64,000 nucleotides of DNA, taken from assembly GCF_009914755.1 (NCBI RefSeq), contig NC_060947.1; one strand, written 5' to 3'. Numbering within the stretch: the stretch's first letter is position 1; every line of letters starts with the position of its first letter. This DNA comes from the human T2T-CHM13v2.0 reference genome, Homo sapiens. Made by a program: the position numbers and the translations under genes. The notes beneath the pieces are model-generated. The model saw only the letters and a program-made list of their open reading frames with translations. It had not been told where the DNA came from and searched no databases. Of the stretch, positions 43,915 to 58,848 are shown one piece after another.

Positions 43915-44971
43915 GTCTTCTTTTGAAAAGTGTCTGCTCATGTCCGTCACTCACTGTTTGGTGGGGTTGTTTGTCTTTTTCTTGTGAATTTGTTTAAGTT
44001 CCTTGTAGATTCTGGATATTAGCCCTTTGTCAGATGGATAGATTGCAAAAATTTTCTCCCATTCTGTAGGTTGCCTGTTCACTCTGATGATAATTTATTT
44101 TGCTATGCAGAAGCTCTTTAGTTTAATTAGATCCCATTTGTCAATTTTGGCTTTTGTTGCAATTGCTTTTGGTGTTTTAGTCATGAAATCTTTGCCCATG
44201 CCAACAAACATATGAAAAAAAGCTCGTCATCACTGGTCATTAGAGAAATGCAAATCAAAACCGCAATGAGATACCATCTCATGCCAGTTAGAATGGGGAT
44301 CATTAAAAAGTCAGGAAACAGCAGATGCTGGAGAGGATGTGGAGAAATAGGAAAGCTTTTACACTGTTGCTGGGAGTATAAATTAGTTCAAGCATTGTGG
44401 AAGACAGTGTGGCAATTCCTCAAGGATCTAGAACTAGAAATACCATTTGAACCAGCAATCCCATTAGTAGGTACATACCCAAAGGATTATAAATCATTCT
44501 ACTATAAAGACACATGCACACATATGTTTATTGCAGCACTATTCACAATAGCAAAGACTGGGAGCCAACCCAAATGCCCATCAATAATAGACTGGATAAA
44601 GAAAATGTGGCATATATACACTATGGAATACTATGCGGCCATAAAAAAGAATGAGTTCATGTCCCCTGCAGGGACATGGATGTAGCTGGAAACCATCATT
44701 CTCAGCAAACTAACACAGGAACAGAAAACCAAACACTGCATGTTCTCAATCATATGTGGGAGTTGAGCAATGAGAACACATGGGCACAGGGAAGGGAACA
44801 TCACACCTGTAGGGGGTGGGGGGCAAGGGGAGGGATAGCATTAGGAGAAATACCTAATGTAGATGATGGGTTGATGGGTTCAGCAAACCACCATGGCATA
44901 TGTATACCTATGTAACAAATCTGCATGTTCTGCACATGTATCCCAGAACTTAAAGTATAATAAAAAAAAAA
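43915..44971 (+). mobile_element. 5'-inverted (twin-primed) L1PA7/8-like insertion
   Basis: 43915-44202 antisense ORF2, 44200-44971 sense ORF2 end, 3' UTR and poly(A); TSD taaataacagttagat (43899-43914) / taaatagcagttagat (44972-44987). Confidence 0.95.
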
Positions 44972-46384
44972 TAAATAGCAGTTAGATTTTTAGGTTGTCT
45001 GTTTACGTAACTGATGTAAAATAACTATGGTTAGCTATATTTGTATTCAAAAATTAGACAGTAGATATATAATACCTATATTTAGAAAAAAAGAATATTC
45101 AGTGGTTTAACATATCATTCATTACTTGAAAGAAAGGGAACCAAAACACATGAAAAATGAATAAACAAAACATTATTCTTCTATGTATTGAGTAATAGCA
45201 TCATTAAACTACTGAAGATAGAAATGAAATTAAATTTCTGCATTCCAGGGATTCAAAGGAAGAAGCATATGCATATTTCTGTGGGATATATGATGAAAAT
45301 GATGAGAACTGTAATTAGTAAAACTGAATTGTCATTTTCAAAATGTAAGGTTAATAGAATAAACACACCTGAGTTAACTCGAGAATAAAAAGTAACATTT
45401 TATCAGCAAATCCTTGATTTATTGACAGAACTTGTTACATTTTATTGGTACAGTTGCAGATTAGGCTTTCTGCAACAGTACTTTTAATTTAAACCTCTTC
45501 TATTATAATACTAATAACCGAACATAGTGGTTTGTATACAAAAGTTTTCATTGTTTTTGTTGATTTTTTTTTTTTTGCAGAGTGTTAAAACTTTTACTGT
45601 TAATATATCCATTAGTTTTAAAGTCCAATGGCTGTGGGGATAAGGAGAAAATATATTTTTAATGGAGCATAACTTCCTGGGGAATGGTTGTACCCATCAT
45701 AATGTCAAGAGTATTCACTGGTTGAATGTAGTCATTTTTGGCCAGGTTAATGTCTTGGAATTATTCCTTCAAAACTGAGTGTATAAATTTCCATTCCATT
45801 TCAATACTTTACATGAACATGAAAGCCTAATGCAAAGTCTAACTGTTAAAAAAGAAAACTGTAATACTCTGCATATTATAGGGATTAAAACAAATTTGGC
45901 AGAAGGTTTTCAGGCATTAATTTTAAATATTTTTGTGAATGTTATCTATAAAAGCATACTTTCCAAATCCCTCCTGGGTGATTATCAGTGAATTGTTTAA
46001 AATTTCCATTGTACTCTCCTTTCAGATCAGCTAACTGTCCATTCAGTAATTTTTAGCCTGAGTCCCTGGGCCAATGTTAAATTATAATTCATTTAACTAT
46101 CCCTGGCACTCTTAGAGCCAGACTTTCACTGTAGTTCAATGAAGCCTTCTGCTGTTATGTGATAACCAAGTTAAATTGTGATAATAAATGAACAGTGGGA
46201 TATAATTAACTGGTAGTAGAAGTAGTTATGAACATTGGAAAGGGAAGGTAGATAGCAAAAAATATGATTCATGTTCATGTTCTAATGTATTTCCACAAAC
46301 ATTATTTTTATGTATCACGTTGTGTTACCTGTTGTTAGAGAAGTATTTCAATGGCAATAAGGCCAAACCAAAGGACAATCTTTC

Positions 46385-46680
46385 ATGCATGCGTCTATCC
46401 ATCCAACATTTATTGAGCACTTACTGTGTGTCAGTGTATTAAGCATAAGTAGATAAAAAATATTGACAAATAGGTGTGATTCAATACAATAATTTTACAG
46501 TGGTGCAATGACCCACTTTCTATGAAAATATAGAGGAGAAAATAAAATGATATTGGGTGAGAAGCTAGCAGGTATAACACATAGTTTTGGAGAGATAAAT
46601 TGGAACTTATTGAGAAAGTCCTTGCTAATTGCATTGAGGAGTTTGAAATCTGCACTGTAGGAAATAAGTATCTGTAAGTG
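46385..46680 (-). mobile_element. L2 relic
   Basis: catccaacatttattgagcacttactgtgtgtcag is the reverse complement of the L2 3' end. Confidence 0.65.
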
Positions 46681-49600
46681 GCAGTTAGCTAGGGTTTCAT
46701 TGCTAAAGTATACTAACAATACCCAATATGGCAATGCTTGCAAATGTATGGTTTATTGAAGAAATACAAAATAATATAATGACCATGTTAAAGTTAATAA
46801 ATGAATCACTGTCAAAGGCTGTCTCACAGCATCGGATCCAGGAAGGCTAGACACAAGTTTCATTTGTGCTCGAATGTAAGGTCCATTCTTGCAATGTAAA
46901 CAGCTCCAACGGCAGAGACCCCAGGGACCTCAATGAGACCGTGTGCAAGTCATCAATTTCACTGTTAATAAAAAACAATGCTGAAAAGCAGATACAAAAC
47001 TCCCTAAACCTCCTTTTCCCTACCATGGCAAAGAAATACATGCTTTGATCAGGGATCAGTAACAGACAGGTACATTTTTTATTTAGGCAAGACAGCCCAG
47101 GCCAATACTAAGTCTGCTGGAATTAACTCACACAGCACAGTATGCAATGGAGAATTCTAAGCACAGTATATATTCCCTGACTATGCATTATGTTTTTAAT
47201 GCAAATTTAAATGGGGAAATGAGAATTTCCCAGGGACCTTTATTTCATGCAAATGTTTCTAGGAGTGAAAAAAAGAGAAATACATATAAAAAGTCTCTGA
47301 TTTGAAATAGATTTTAAATCTGTATTATGATGGACACATAATTAGAAATATCATTTTTGAATTGAAATATTAGAATTGTTTAGAATTTTAAAATTTAAAT
47401 GGGGACTTAACTATAATTAAAAGGAATTAATAAATTGTAATAGTATGAAATGCCTTATCCATCTCTATGTCACTACTTTCTTTTGTACTTATCCTGTTCT
47501 TAGATAAACCCAAATGATTTTTATATGATTTTCAAGATCCAATATGGTCTGAATCTGACTTACCTATACGAATCTCATTGTACCCAGTGACCTCTTTTAT
47601 AACTTTGCTTGCTTATATCTCTGATAGGAGTCCCAAGCACAATATAACAAATAAAATGACAGTGGACACCTTGTTTTGCTCCTGATTATAGAAACATTCA
47701 ATCATTGATTGAAGGATTAAATGATTCAATGATGAAAACATTCAACCATTTACAATTAAATCATTTTTCTTAGTTGGCTTTTAACAGTTGAGGAATTTCC
47801 TTCTATTCCTGGCTCACTGAGTATTATTATTATGAAAGGATGCTGGGTCACATCAATGGATCTTTCTGTATCCATAGAGATGCTCATGAAGAATTTTTCC
47901 CTCATTCTGTTAATGTGATATTTGTATTGATAGACTTTTATGCTGACTCAAATTTACATTCTCCTATGATAAATACTTACTGATCATGGTGTAAAATCCT
48001 ATTTATATGTTGCTGGAATTAGTTTACTAATAGTTTGTTGAGAATTTTTATAACTATATTACTAAGGGATAATAATATGTAGTTTTCATGTTATGGCTGT
48101 CTAGTGTTGGTATCACTTTAATACTGAATTCATAGTATGAGTTGGGAAGTATGACTTCTTATTCTCCTTTTTGTAGAAGATCTTGTGAAAATTGCTGTTA
48201 CTTCTTCAACTGCTTTCCAGAATTTGCCTGTAAACCCATTTAGTCCAAGAATAGGCTCAGGACAATTGCTAAAATTTTACTTTGCTTTATTTTTAAGTTA
48301 CTAATTATATCCCCTTACTTGTAAGCCTATTCTGATTCTCTATTTCTCCTTAAGTCAGTCTCAGTAGTTTATGCCATTCGAGAAAGATGCTCATTGCATC
48401 TGGGTTTTCTAATAATTTGGCATTCAATTGTTCACAATATTCATGTAAAATCATTTTTTTATTTCTGTAAGGTGTGTAGTGGTGTTCATTTCCGATGCTT
48501 GATTGAAGTAATCTGAAATTACTCTCCTACTTTTGCAGTCATTATAGTTAAGGGATCATTAAATTTGTTGCTCTATTCAAAGAACTGACTTTTGTTTACA
48601 TTGGTTTCTATTATTTATCTGCTTTCTATTTTATTAATTTCAGATATCATTTTATTTTTTTCATTTTTAATTTCTGTGGGTACACAGTAGATGCATATAT
48701 TTATGGAGAACATTAGATGTTTTGATATAGGTGTGTATCATAACCACATCATGAAGAATGGGGTATCAATCTCCTGACGCATTTATCTTTTGTGTTAATA
48801 AACAATCCAATTATACTCATTTAGTTATTTTAAAATATACAACTAAATTATTAATGACTATAGTCACCCAGTTGTGCTGTCAAATAGTAGGTCATATTCA
48901 TTTTTCTAACTATTTTTTGCACCTCTTAACCACCCACAACTCCCCCTCACAGCCTACTACATTTCCCAGCCACTGGTAACCATCCTTCTACTCTCTATCT
49001 CCATGAATTCAATTGTTTTGATTCTTACAGGCCACAAATAAGTGAGAACATGCAATATTAGTCTTTATATGCTTGGCTTATTTCAAATAACATAATGATC
49101 TATAGTTCCATCTTTTTTTTTTTTTTTTTGCAAATAACAGGATCTCATTTATTTTTTATGGCTGAATAGTGGTCCATTGTGTGTATGTACCACATTTTCT
49201 TGATCCATTTATCTGTTGAAACCCTTAGATTGTTTCTAAATTTTGGCTGTTGTGAACAGTGTGACAACGAATATGGGAGTGCAGAAGTTTCTTTGATATA
49301 CTGATTTCCTTTCTTTTGAGTATACACCCATCAGGGGGATTCCTAAATCATACGATAGCTCTATTTTTAGTTTTTTGAGGAACCTCAAATCTGTAGTAAT
49401 TGTACTAATTTACATTCCCACCAACAGTGTGCAAGGGCATCCTTTTCTCCAAATCCTTGCCGGCATTTGTTATTGCCTGTCTTTTGGATGTAAGCCATTT
49501 AACCTGTGATGAGATGACAGCTCATTGTGGTTTTGATTTCCATTGCTCTGATGACAAATAATGTTGAGCAGCTTTTCATATGCCTGTTTGCCATTCATAT

Positions 49601-50450
49601 GTCTTCTTTCGAGAAATGTCTATTCAAATCTTGTGTCCATTTTTAAAGTCAGATTATTAGATTTTTTTTTCCTATAGATTAGTTGGAGCCCTTTATATAT
49701 TATGGTTAATAGTTCCTTATCAGATGGGTAGTTTGTAAATATTTTCTCCCATTCTCTCTCTTTACTTTGTTGGTTGTTTCTGTTGTGGTACAGAAGCCTT
49801 TCAACTTGAAGTGATCACATTTGTTCATTTTTGCTTGGTGGCCCCTGTTTCTTGGGTATTACTCAAACAATTTTTGCCCAAACCAATGTCCTGGAAATTT
49901 TCCCTAATGTTTTCTTGTGGTAGTTTCATAGTTTAAGGTCTTAGGTTTAAATCTTTAATCCATTTTGTTTGATTTTTTTTATGTGACGAGAAGAGTCTAG
50001 TTTCATTCTGCATATGAATGTCCAGTTTTCCCAGCACCATTTATTGAAGAGACTGTCTTTACACCTTGGCACCTTTGTCGAAAATGAGTTCACTGTAGGT
50101 ATGTGGATTCCTTTCAGCATTCTTTATTCTTCTTTATTGTTTTATGTGTCTGTTTTCATGAGAATACTATGCTGTTTTGGTTACTATAGCTCTGTAGTAT
50201 AACTGGAAGTTAGATAGTTTGATTCCTCCAGTTTGGTAACTTCTTCCCCAGGATAACTATGGCTATTCTGGGTCTTTTTTAATTGCATACAAATTTTAAG
50301 ATTGTTTTTTGTATTTCTGTTAAGAATGTCATTGGTATTTTGATAGGAATTGAATCTGTAGATGGTTTTGGATAGTATGGACATTTCAACAATATTCGTT
50401 CTTCTAATTCATGACACTGGAATCATTCCACTTTTGAGTGTCCACTTTAA

Positions 50451-50883
<433 letters not shown>

Positions 50884-51412
50884 AGATTATTTTTTTAAAT
50901 TTGCATTTCTGATGGCTCACTGTTGACATAGACAAATGCTACTGGTATTTGTATGTTGATTTTGTATCTTGCAACATTATTGAATTTGTTTATCAGTTCT
51001 AATAGCATTTTGGTGGTCTTTAGGTATCTTTCAAGTAATAATCTTTCAAATAAGAGATCATATCATCTGTAAACAAGGATAATTTGACATTTTCCTTTCC
51101 AATTTGGATACTCTTTATTTCTTTCTATTGCGTGATTACTCTACCTGGGCCTTCCAGTACTGTGCTAAATAATAGTGGTGAAAATGTCATCTTGGTCATG
51201 TTCCAGGTCTTAAAGGAAAGGCTTTCAGTTTTTCCCCATTCAATCTGATACTAACTCTGGGTCTGTGGTATATAGCTTTTATTATATTGAGGTATATTCC
51301 TTCTATCTTCAGTTTTTGAAGGTTTTTATCATAAAAGGATTCTAAAGTCCATCAAGTGGTTTTTCATCAATTGTATTGATCATATGGCTTTTGTCCTTCA
51401 TTCTGTGGATAT

Positions 51413-51819
51413 TGAAAGGAGTTAGCCAGCTTGCTTTAGGCAGACAGCAAGGGAAGGGTCCCCAGAGAACTTCCGACCTGTGTTTTGTGTAAATAGGGAT
51501 CCTTGCACAGGGAAGTTGCCTAAACATGCTCGCAGTGGACTAAGAGCCTGCACGTGCACTCAGAAATGGGGTGGAGCCACCAGGAATTTGTACCTTATAC
51601 AAATAGGGAACCCAGCCCGATCAGCTTGTATGTAAAAGCCCCCTGTGAAGGGGGCAATTAGGAACCTGCTTTCAGGACCCCTCTCTTTCCCGAGAGCTTT
51701 CCTTTTGCTTAATAAATTCTACTGCACTCTTTCTTTGAGTGTCCACGTGCCTAATTTTTCCTGATAGTAAGATAAGAACCCGGACTTAGCTGATCTAAGG
51801 AGAAAAAAGTCCTGCATCA
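51413..51819 (+). mobile_element. ERV1 solo LTR (MER83/MER4-group-like)
   Basis: TG..CA termini (tgaaaggagttagccagc..cctgcatca), AATAAA 51711, 4-bp TSD atat/gtat, L1 text resumes afterwards. Confidence 0.85.
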
Positions 51820-54800
51820 GTATGATGTATCATATTGATTGATTTGCATATGCTGAACCATCCTTGCATCCCATGGATAAATCCCACTTGGTAATGAGGA
51901 AGGATCCTTTTAATATACTGTTGAATTTGATCTACTGGTATTTTGTTGATGATTTTTACATCAATATTCATCAGAGATATTGGCCTGTAGTTTTGTTCTG
52001 TTTTTTGATGTGTCTTTGTCTGGTTTTGGTATTAAATTAACACTGCCCTTTTGGAATGAGTTTGGATGTGTTCCCTCTTTCTCTATTATTTCAGACTATT
52101 TTAAGCAGGATTGGTATTACTCCTTCTTTAAATTTTTGGTAGAATTCAGCAGTGAAGCCATCAGGTCCTGAGATTTTCTTTACTGGGAATTTTTTTTTTT
52201 GTTCCAATCATGTTACTTGGTATTATCATCTTCAGGTTTTGAATATATTCCTGATTCAATCTAGGTAGGTGGTAGGTGTCTAGTTGTTTTTCCATTTCTT
52301 CTAGATTTTTCAATTTATTGATAGATAGTTGCTCACGGTAGCCACTGAAGATTCTTCAAATATCTGCAATGTGACTTGTAATGTTTCCTTTTTCATATCT
52401 GATTTTATTTATTTGTATCTTATCTTGATTTTTCCTAGTGAATCTGGTTAAAGATTTGTCAATATGATTTAGCGTTTTGAAAAAACAACATTTTGTTTCA
52501 CTGATCTTTTGTATTTTTTTATTTCAATTGCATTTCTTTCTTACTATTTCTTTTCTGTTACTAATTTTGGCTTTGGTATGCTCATGCTTTTCTATTTCTT
52601 TAGGATGCATAGTTAGGTTGTTTATTTGAAGTTTTTCCTCCTTCGTGATGTAGAAACTTTTAGCTCTAAATATTCCTATTAATGCTACTTTTGCTGTATC
52701 CCATAGGTTTGGTGTGTTTTGTTTCAATTATCATTTGTTTCAAGAATTTTTCCTCTTTTTGTAATTTCTTCATTGACCCACTTGTCATTCAGAAGGATAT
52801 TGTTTGATTTCCATGCATTTGTACTTTTTCAAAATTTCTCTTTTTATTAATTTCTAGTTCTGTTTCATTGTAGTCAGAAAAGATGCTTGATATTCTTTCA
52901 AATTTTTGCATGTTTTGTGACTTGTTTTGTGACCTAACATTCGGTCTATTATTGAGAATGATCCCTGTGCTGAGGAAAAGAATATATATTCTGCAGCTGT
53001 TGGGTGAAATGTTCTGTAAATATCTATCAGATCCATTTGTTTTACAGTACAGATTAAGTTCAATGTTTCTTTATTGCTTTTCTGTATGGAAGATCTGTCC
53101 AATGCTGAAAGTGGGGTGTTGAAGTCACCAACTCTTATTGTATTGGGGCCTATCTCTCTCTTTAGCTCTAATAATATTTCTTTTATATATCTTGTGCTCC
53201 AGTGTTGGGTGCATATATATTGAAAATTGTTATATCCGCTTGTTGGATTAATCCACTTATCATTATACAGTGACCTACTTTGCCACGTCTCATATTTTTT
53301 GTCTTCAAATCTATTTTATAAGTACTCTTGTGCTTTTTGGTTTCCATAGGCATGGAATATCTTTTTCCATCCTCTTTTTTTTTTTTTTTAGTCTATGTGT
53401 GTCTCTATACGTGTGTTACTTGTAGGCAACAGATCAGTAGGTCTTGGGTTTTATCCATTCAGGCACTCTATTTTTTTGATTGGAGAGTTTAGACCATTTA
53501 CACTCAATGATATTATTGATAAATAAGGAGTTACTCTTGCCATTTAGTTATTTGTTTCTCATTGTTTTGTGGTCTACCCATCCTTCTTTCCTTCCTTCTT
53601 ATCTTCCTTTTAATGAAGGTGATTGTATCTGGTGACATGATTTAGCTTCTTGCTTTTTATTTTTTGTGTATTTGTTTTATGTCTTCTGATTTGTGGTTAC
53701 CACGAGTATTGCAACAAACAAACAAACAAATAAGCAAAAAGGAAACTAATAAAAACTCTACGCCTTAACTTTAACCCCCTGCTTTTAAAATTTTGTTGTT
53801 TCTATTTATCCCTTATTGTAATGTCTCTGTACTAAAAAAGTTTTAATTATTATTTTTGATTGATTCATCACTTAAACTCTGTATTTAGGATAAGAGCAGT
53901 TTACACACAACAGTGACAGTGTTATAATATTTTGTGTTTTCCTGTGTACTTACTATTACCAGTGAGTTTTATACCTTCGGGTGATTACTTCTCTCTAATG
54001 ACCTTTTCTTTCTGATTGAAATACTTCCTTTAGCATTTCTTTCAGGACAATTCTGATGTTGATGAAATCCTTCAGCTTTTGTTTGGGAAATTTTTTATTT
54101 CTCCTTTATGTTTGAAGGATATTTTCACTGGTTTTCTATTCTAGGGTAAAAGGTTTTTTTCTTTCAGCACTTTAAATAGCTCATGCCACTCTCTCCTCAC
54201 CTGCAAAGTTTGCACTGAAATGTCTGCTGTCAGATATATTAGAGCTCCATTGTATGTTACTTCTTTCTTTTCTTTTGCTGCTTTCAAGATCTTTTCTTTA
54301 TTCTAGATCTTTGAGAGTTTAACTATTGGATACCTTGAGTTAGTTGTATTTGTGTTAAATTGCCTTGGTACTGCATAACCTTCTTATATAAGGATATTGC
54401 TGCCTTTCTCTAGGATTTGAAAATTCTGTTATTTTCCCTTTGAATAAACTTTCTACACCTGTCTCTTTCTCTGCCTCCTCTTTACAGACAATAATTCTGA
54501 CATTTACACTTTTGAGGCTATTTTCCAGATCCTTTAGGTGTGCTTTATTGTTTTGTATTATTTTTTTCTTTTGTCTCTTCTGACTGTGTATTTTCAAATA
54601 GCTTCTATTCAAGTGCACTAATTCTTTCTTCTGCTTGATCAATTCTGCTATTAAAAGACTGGTCCATTCTTCAGTAAGTCAATTGTATTTTTCAACTCCA
54701 GAATTTCTATTTGATTATTTTAAACTATATAAACATCTTTCATGCATTTCTCTGATAGAACTCAGAATTTTTTTTCTGGGTTCTTTTGAATTTCTTTGAG

Positions 54801-57322
54801 TTTCCTCAACTCAGCTATTTTTAATTATCTTTCCGAAAGTTTACCTGTCTCTGTTTCTGCAGGATAAGTTTCTCATGCCTTATTTAGTTTATTTCATGAG
54901 GTAATGTTTTCCTGGATCATCTTGATACTTGCAAATGTTCTTTATTGTCTGGCCATTGAAGATTTAGGTACTTAATTTGTCTGCACAGTCTGGGCTTCTT
55001 TGTACCCCTCCTTCTTGGGTAGGCTTTCCAGAAATTTGAAAAGACTTGGCTGTTGTAATCTAAGCTGTATTTGCTTTAGGGTCACTCCAAGCTCAGTAAC
55101 ACTGTTGTTCTTACAGACTCTTAGAGGTACTGCCTTAATGGTCTTGGACAATATCCAGGCAAATGCTATGGATTACCAGGCAGAGACTTTTGTTCTCTCC
55201 CCTTAATTTCTGTCAAACAGGGTCTGTCTTGCTCTGTCCTCAGTCAACTGAAGCTGGGGTTGTAGTGACACCACTATTACTTCAGGATTGCTAAGTCAAT
55301 TCTGAAGCCAGCATAGCACTCAGTCTCACCCAAGGCCTGCTGTAACCACTTCCTAGTTCCCTCTTATGTTTGTTCAAGGCCTTGGGGCTCTGCATACAGC
55401 TTTTTGCAATGCCAGCCAAGTCTGTGTCCTTCCCTTCAAGGCTGAAAGTTCAACCAGTCCACCAAGTAGACTTCTAAGGATTTTTACTCTAGTCCATGTC
55501 ATCTGAAAGCCATGGACTACAGTAATAAACCATGGAAGTCTACCTGGTGTTCCACTGTACTTCAGCTAAGCTAGTGCTCAAACAACAAGAAATAGTCTTC
55601 TCCCACTCTTCTTTCCTAAGGCAGAGAAGCCTCAACCCATGGCCACTGCCACCACAGGCCACTGTTGAGTACTTCCAGACTACTTCTGATGTACCCTTAT
55701 GGCCTAAGGGCTCTTCATTTAGCTTGCTGTAAATGCTGCCTGACCTGAGACCACAAGTCAGGGCAATGGGCTCTCCTCTGGCCCAGGGCAGGTCCAGAAT
55801 TGCTATCCAAAAGCCAAGTCTTGGTATCAGGAACCCCAAGAGCCTATTTGATGCTCTACCTTTCTGTGGCCAAGCTGGTACTTAAGATGCAAGATGAAGT
55901 TCCTTTAACTTTTCCTTACGCTTCTGTCAAGTAGACAGGTTTTTACACCAAACCCAGAATAGTTGGGAATGTGCTGGGTCTCACCTGAAGCCAGAATGTC
56001 TCAGGGTCTTACTCAAACCCTTGACATAGTATCTGGGTATCACTGCTTGGCATTCAGGGCCCAAGGTATGTTAGGTTAGCAAGTGATGAATGCTGCCAGG
56101 ACTAGGTCCTTCCCTTCAAGACAGAAGGTTCCCTTTGGCTCAGGTTGCATCTATAAATGCCCAGGATCTAGGGTCTGGAAAGAGGGCCTTATGGCTCTGA
56201 CTGGTACCTTATCCTTCTGTGGCTGAGCTGGTATCTATGATGCAAGACAAAGTCCTCCCGACTCTTCTGTCTCTTCTCCTCAGTTAAAAAGAAGCGTTCT
56301 CTTTTGGATCCAGAAGCCGTGCTGTCTGGAGTTAAAGAAGGAGTGATGCCATTACTCCTTTAGCCGTCCCAGTTGGTGCCTCAGTAGGTCATGTGCCCCG
56401 CCACCCCATTCAAGGTCTATGCACCCAGTTCAGCCCTAGGACTAACCTTGGTGTTACAATCCTTGTGGCTTAAACTTCCTTTCAAGCTAATTTAGAGACC
56501 CAGGGCACCTTAGCCCATGGTTGTCAAGGCTTGCACGAACTCAAGTTCTGGCCCTTGGGATCTGCTATTCCTCTCTGGTCAGGGTTGATTTAAATGCTCC
56601 CTTCATGGGTTGGCATCAGCTGAGTTTGGTCCAGTTTTTTTTTCTTCCGTAACAGGACAGCACTGAGTTTAATGCCCCATAATTGCTGTTTTCTCCCTCC
56701 CCAACCACCCAGAGATCCTCTCTGCACCAAGCCACTGCTGCTGGGGTGTGGGGGAGGGGTGGCATCTGTGATTAAAAAGTCTTTTGTTTTCTTTTGTTTT
56801 TTTTTACCTCTTCAGTGCCTCTTTCAGTGATAAGAAATTGAAACCTGGTACTATGTATGCTCAACTGATCTTTAGTTCTTACGAAGGTGTGTTTTGCGTG
56901 TAGATTGTTGTTAAATTGGTGTCCTTGTTGGGGAGACAATATGTGGAACCTTGTATTCTGTCATCTTGCTCTGCCTTCAATGCTATCTTTATTATTTCCT
57001 TCCTTCCTCTTGCTTGGCTTTAGTTTACTTTATTGTAATTTAGTGTCATAACATGAGCATTTAAGTTATTGAATTGATACCTTTCACCATTTTAACATTA
57101 GAGTTTATAGTAATAATTTTTCCCATAAGCATTGCTTTTGCTATATCTTATGATTTTTGGTAGGTTGTGCTTCATTTTATCCCAGATAATTTTCCATTTC
57201 ACTTGTGATGTCAAGGATGTATTGTTTGTTTGGGATATATTGTACTGTTTAATTTTCACATACTGTGTATTATCAGAATTCCTTCGGTTATTGATTTCTA
57301 ATTTCATTCCATGTAATCAGAG

Positions 57323-57677
57323 TGTCTTAAACTGTTTGGGCTGCTATAATAAAATATCATAGACAAGTAGCTTATAAACAACAGAAATTTATTTTTCGGT
57401 TTTGGAGTTTGAGAAGTCCAAGGTCAGGACACCAGCAGATTTGATGTCTGATGAAGGCCTGCTTTCTCATATTCATCCTTCTTGCTATTTCCACACATGG
57501 TAGAAAGGAATAGCTAGCTCTGTGAAGTCTCTTTTATAAGGGTGTTTGTCCCAATCATGTGGGCTTTTCCCTCATAATTTAATCACCTCCCAAAGGTCCT
57601 ACCTCCTAATACCATCACCTTAGAGGCTAGATTTCAACATATGAATTTTGAGAGAAATAAGGCTTCAGTTCATAGCA
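57323..57677 (-). mobile_element. MLT1A-type MaLR solo LTR
   Basis: tgtcttaaactgtttgggctgctataataaaatatcataga..ttcagttcatagca; exact 5-bp TSD cagag. Confidence 0.9.
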
Positions 57678-58189
57678 CAGAGAATATAGCTATTATGTTC
57701 TTATCCTTTAAAATTTATCAAGGCTTATTTTATAACCTAAAATATGGTTAATCCAGGAAAATGTACCATGTGCACTTAAGAAGGAAGTGTTCTTCTTTTG
57801 TTGAGTGACATATCCTATAGATGTTTGTTAGGGTTAGTTGGTCTGTAATATTGTTCAAGGCTTCTATTTCCCTTGTTGTTATTCTGCCTAGTTGTTTTGT
57901 TATTGAAAATGGAGTACTAAATTTTCCAACTATTATGGTTAAATGGTGTATTTCTCTATTTAATTCTGTCAGATTCGTTTCACATATTTTGAAGATTTTT
58001 TAAGTGAATATAAGCCTATTGCTATTATAGATTCTTGATGGATTTACCCTTTTATCATCATACAATTTACTTAATATCTAGTGATAATTCTAACTTTGTT
58101 GTCTATTTTGCCTTTTATTAGTAGATCCACACTAGTTTTTATGGATTAGCGTTTGTGTGCTAATTCTTCTCTTTTTATATTCTTTTACT

Positions 58190-58192
58190 GTC

Positions 58193-58230
<38 letters not shown>

Positions 58231-58848
58231 CTTTAAGTTTTAGGGTACATGTGCACATTGTGCAGGTTAGTTACATATGTATACATGTGCCACGCTGGTG
58301 TGCTGCACCCACTAACTCGTCATCTAGCATTAGGTATATCTCCCAATGCTATCCCTCCCCCCTCCCCCCACCCCACAACAGTCCCCAGAGTGTGATGTTC
58401 CCCTTCCTGTGTCCATATGATCTCATTGTTCAATTCCCACCTATGAGTGAGAATATGCGGTGTTTAGTTTTTTGTTCTTGCGACAGTTTACTGAGAATGA
58501 TGATTTCCGACTTCATCCATGTCCCTACAAAGGACATGAACTCATCATTTTTTATGGCTGCATAGTATTCCATGGTGTATATGTGCCACATTTTCTTAAT
58601 CCAGTCTATCGTTGTTGGACATTTGGGTTGGTTCCAAGTCTTTGCTATCGTGAATGGTGCTGCAATAAACATATGTGTGCATGTGTCTTTATAGCAGCAT
58701 GATTTATAGTCATTTGGGTATATACCCAGTAATGGGATGGCTGGGTCAAATGGTATTTCTAGTTCTAGATCCCTGAGGAATCGCCACACTGACTTCCACA
58801 ACGGTTGAACTAGTTTACCGTCCCACCAACAGTGTAAACGTGTTCCTA
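58190..58848 (-). mobile_element. 5'-truncated L1PA2-like insertion
   Basis: Exact 16-bp TSD tttatattcttttact (58174-58189, 58849-58864); (TTA)n tail; 3' UTR reads gctagatgacGAGttagtggg on the minus strand (not the Ta ACA allele); ORF 58430..58801 is the ORF2 C-terminus. Confidence 0.93.

Noticed and set aside
53712-53760. A-rich patch in a T-rich antisense L1 suggesting an inversion
   Set aside because: As I recall it, this patch belongs to the L1MA inter-ORF consensus; only a small adjacent deletion is apparent.
55330-56300. Three diverged ~300-350 bp repeated blocks
   Set aside because: Consistent with the repeated structure of L1MA/L1PB-type 5' UTRs rather than a locus-specific event.
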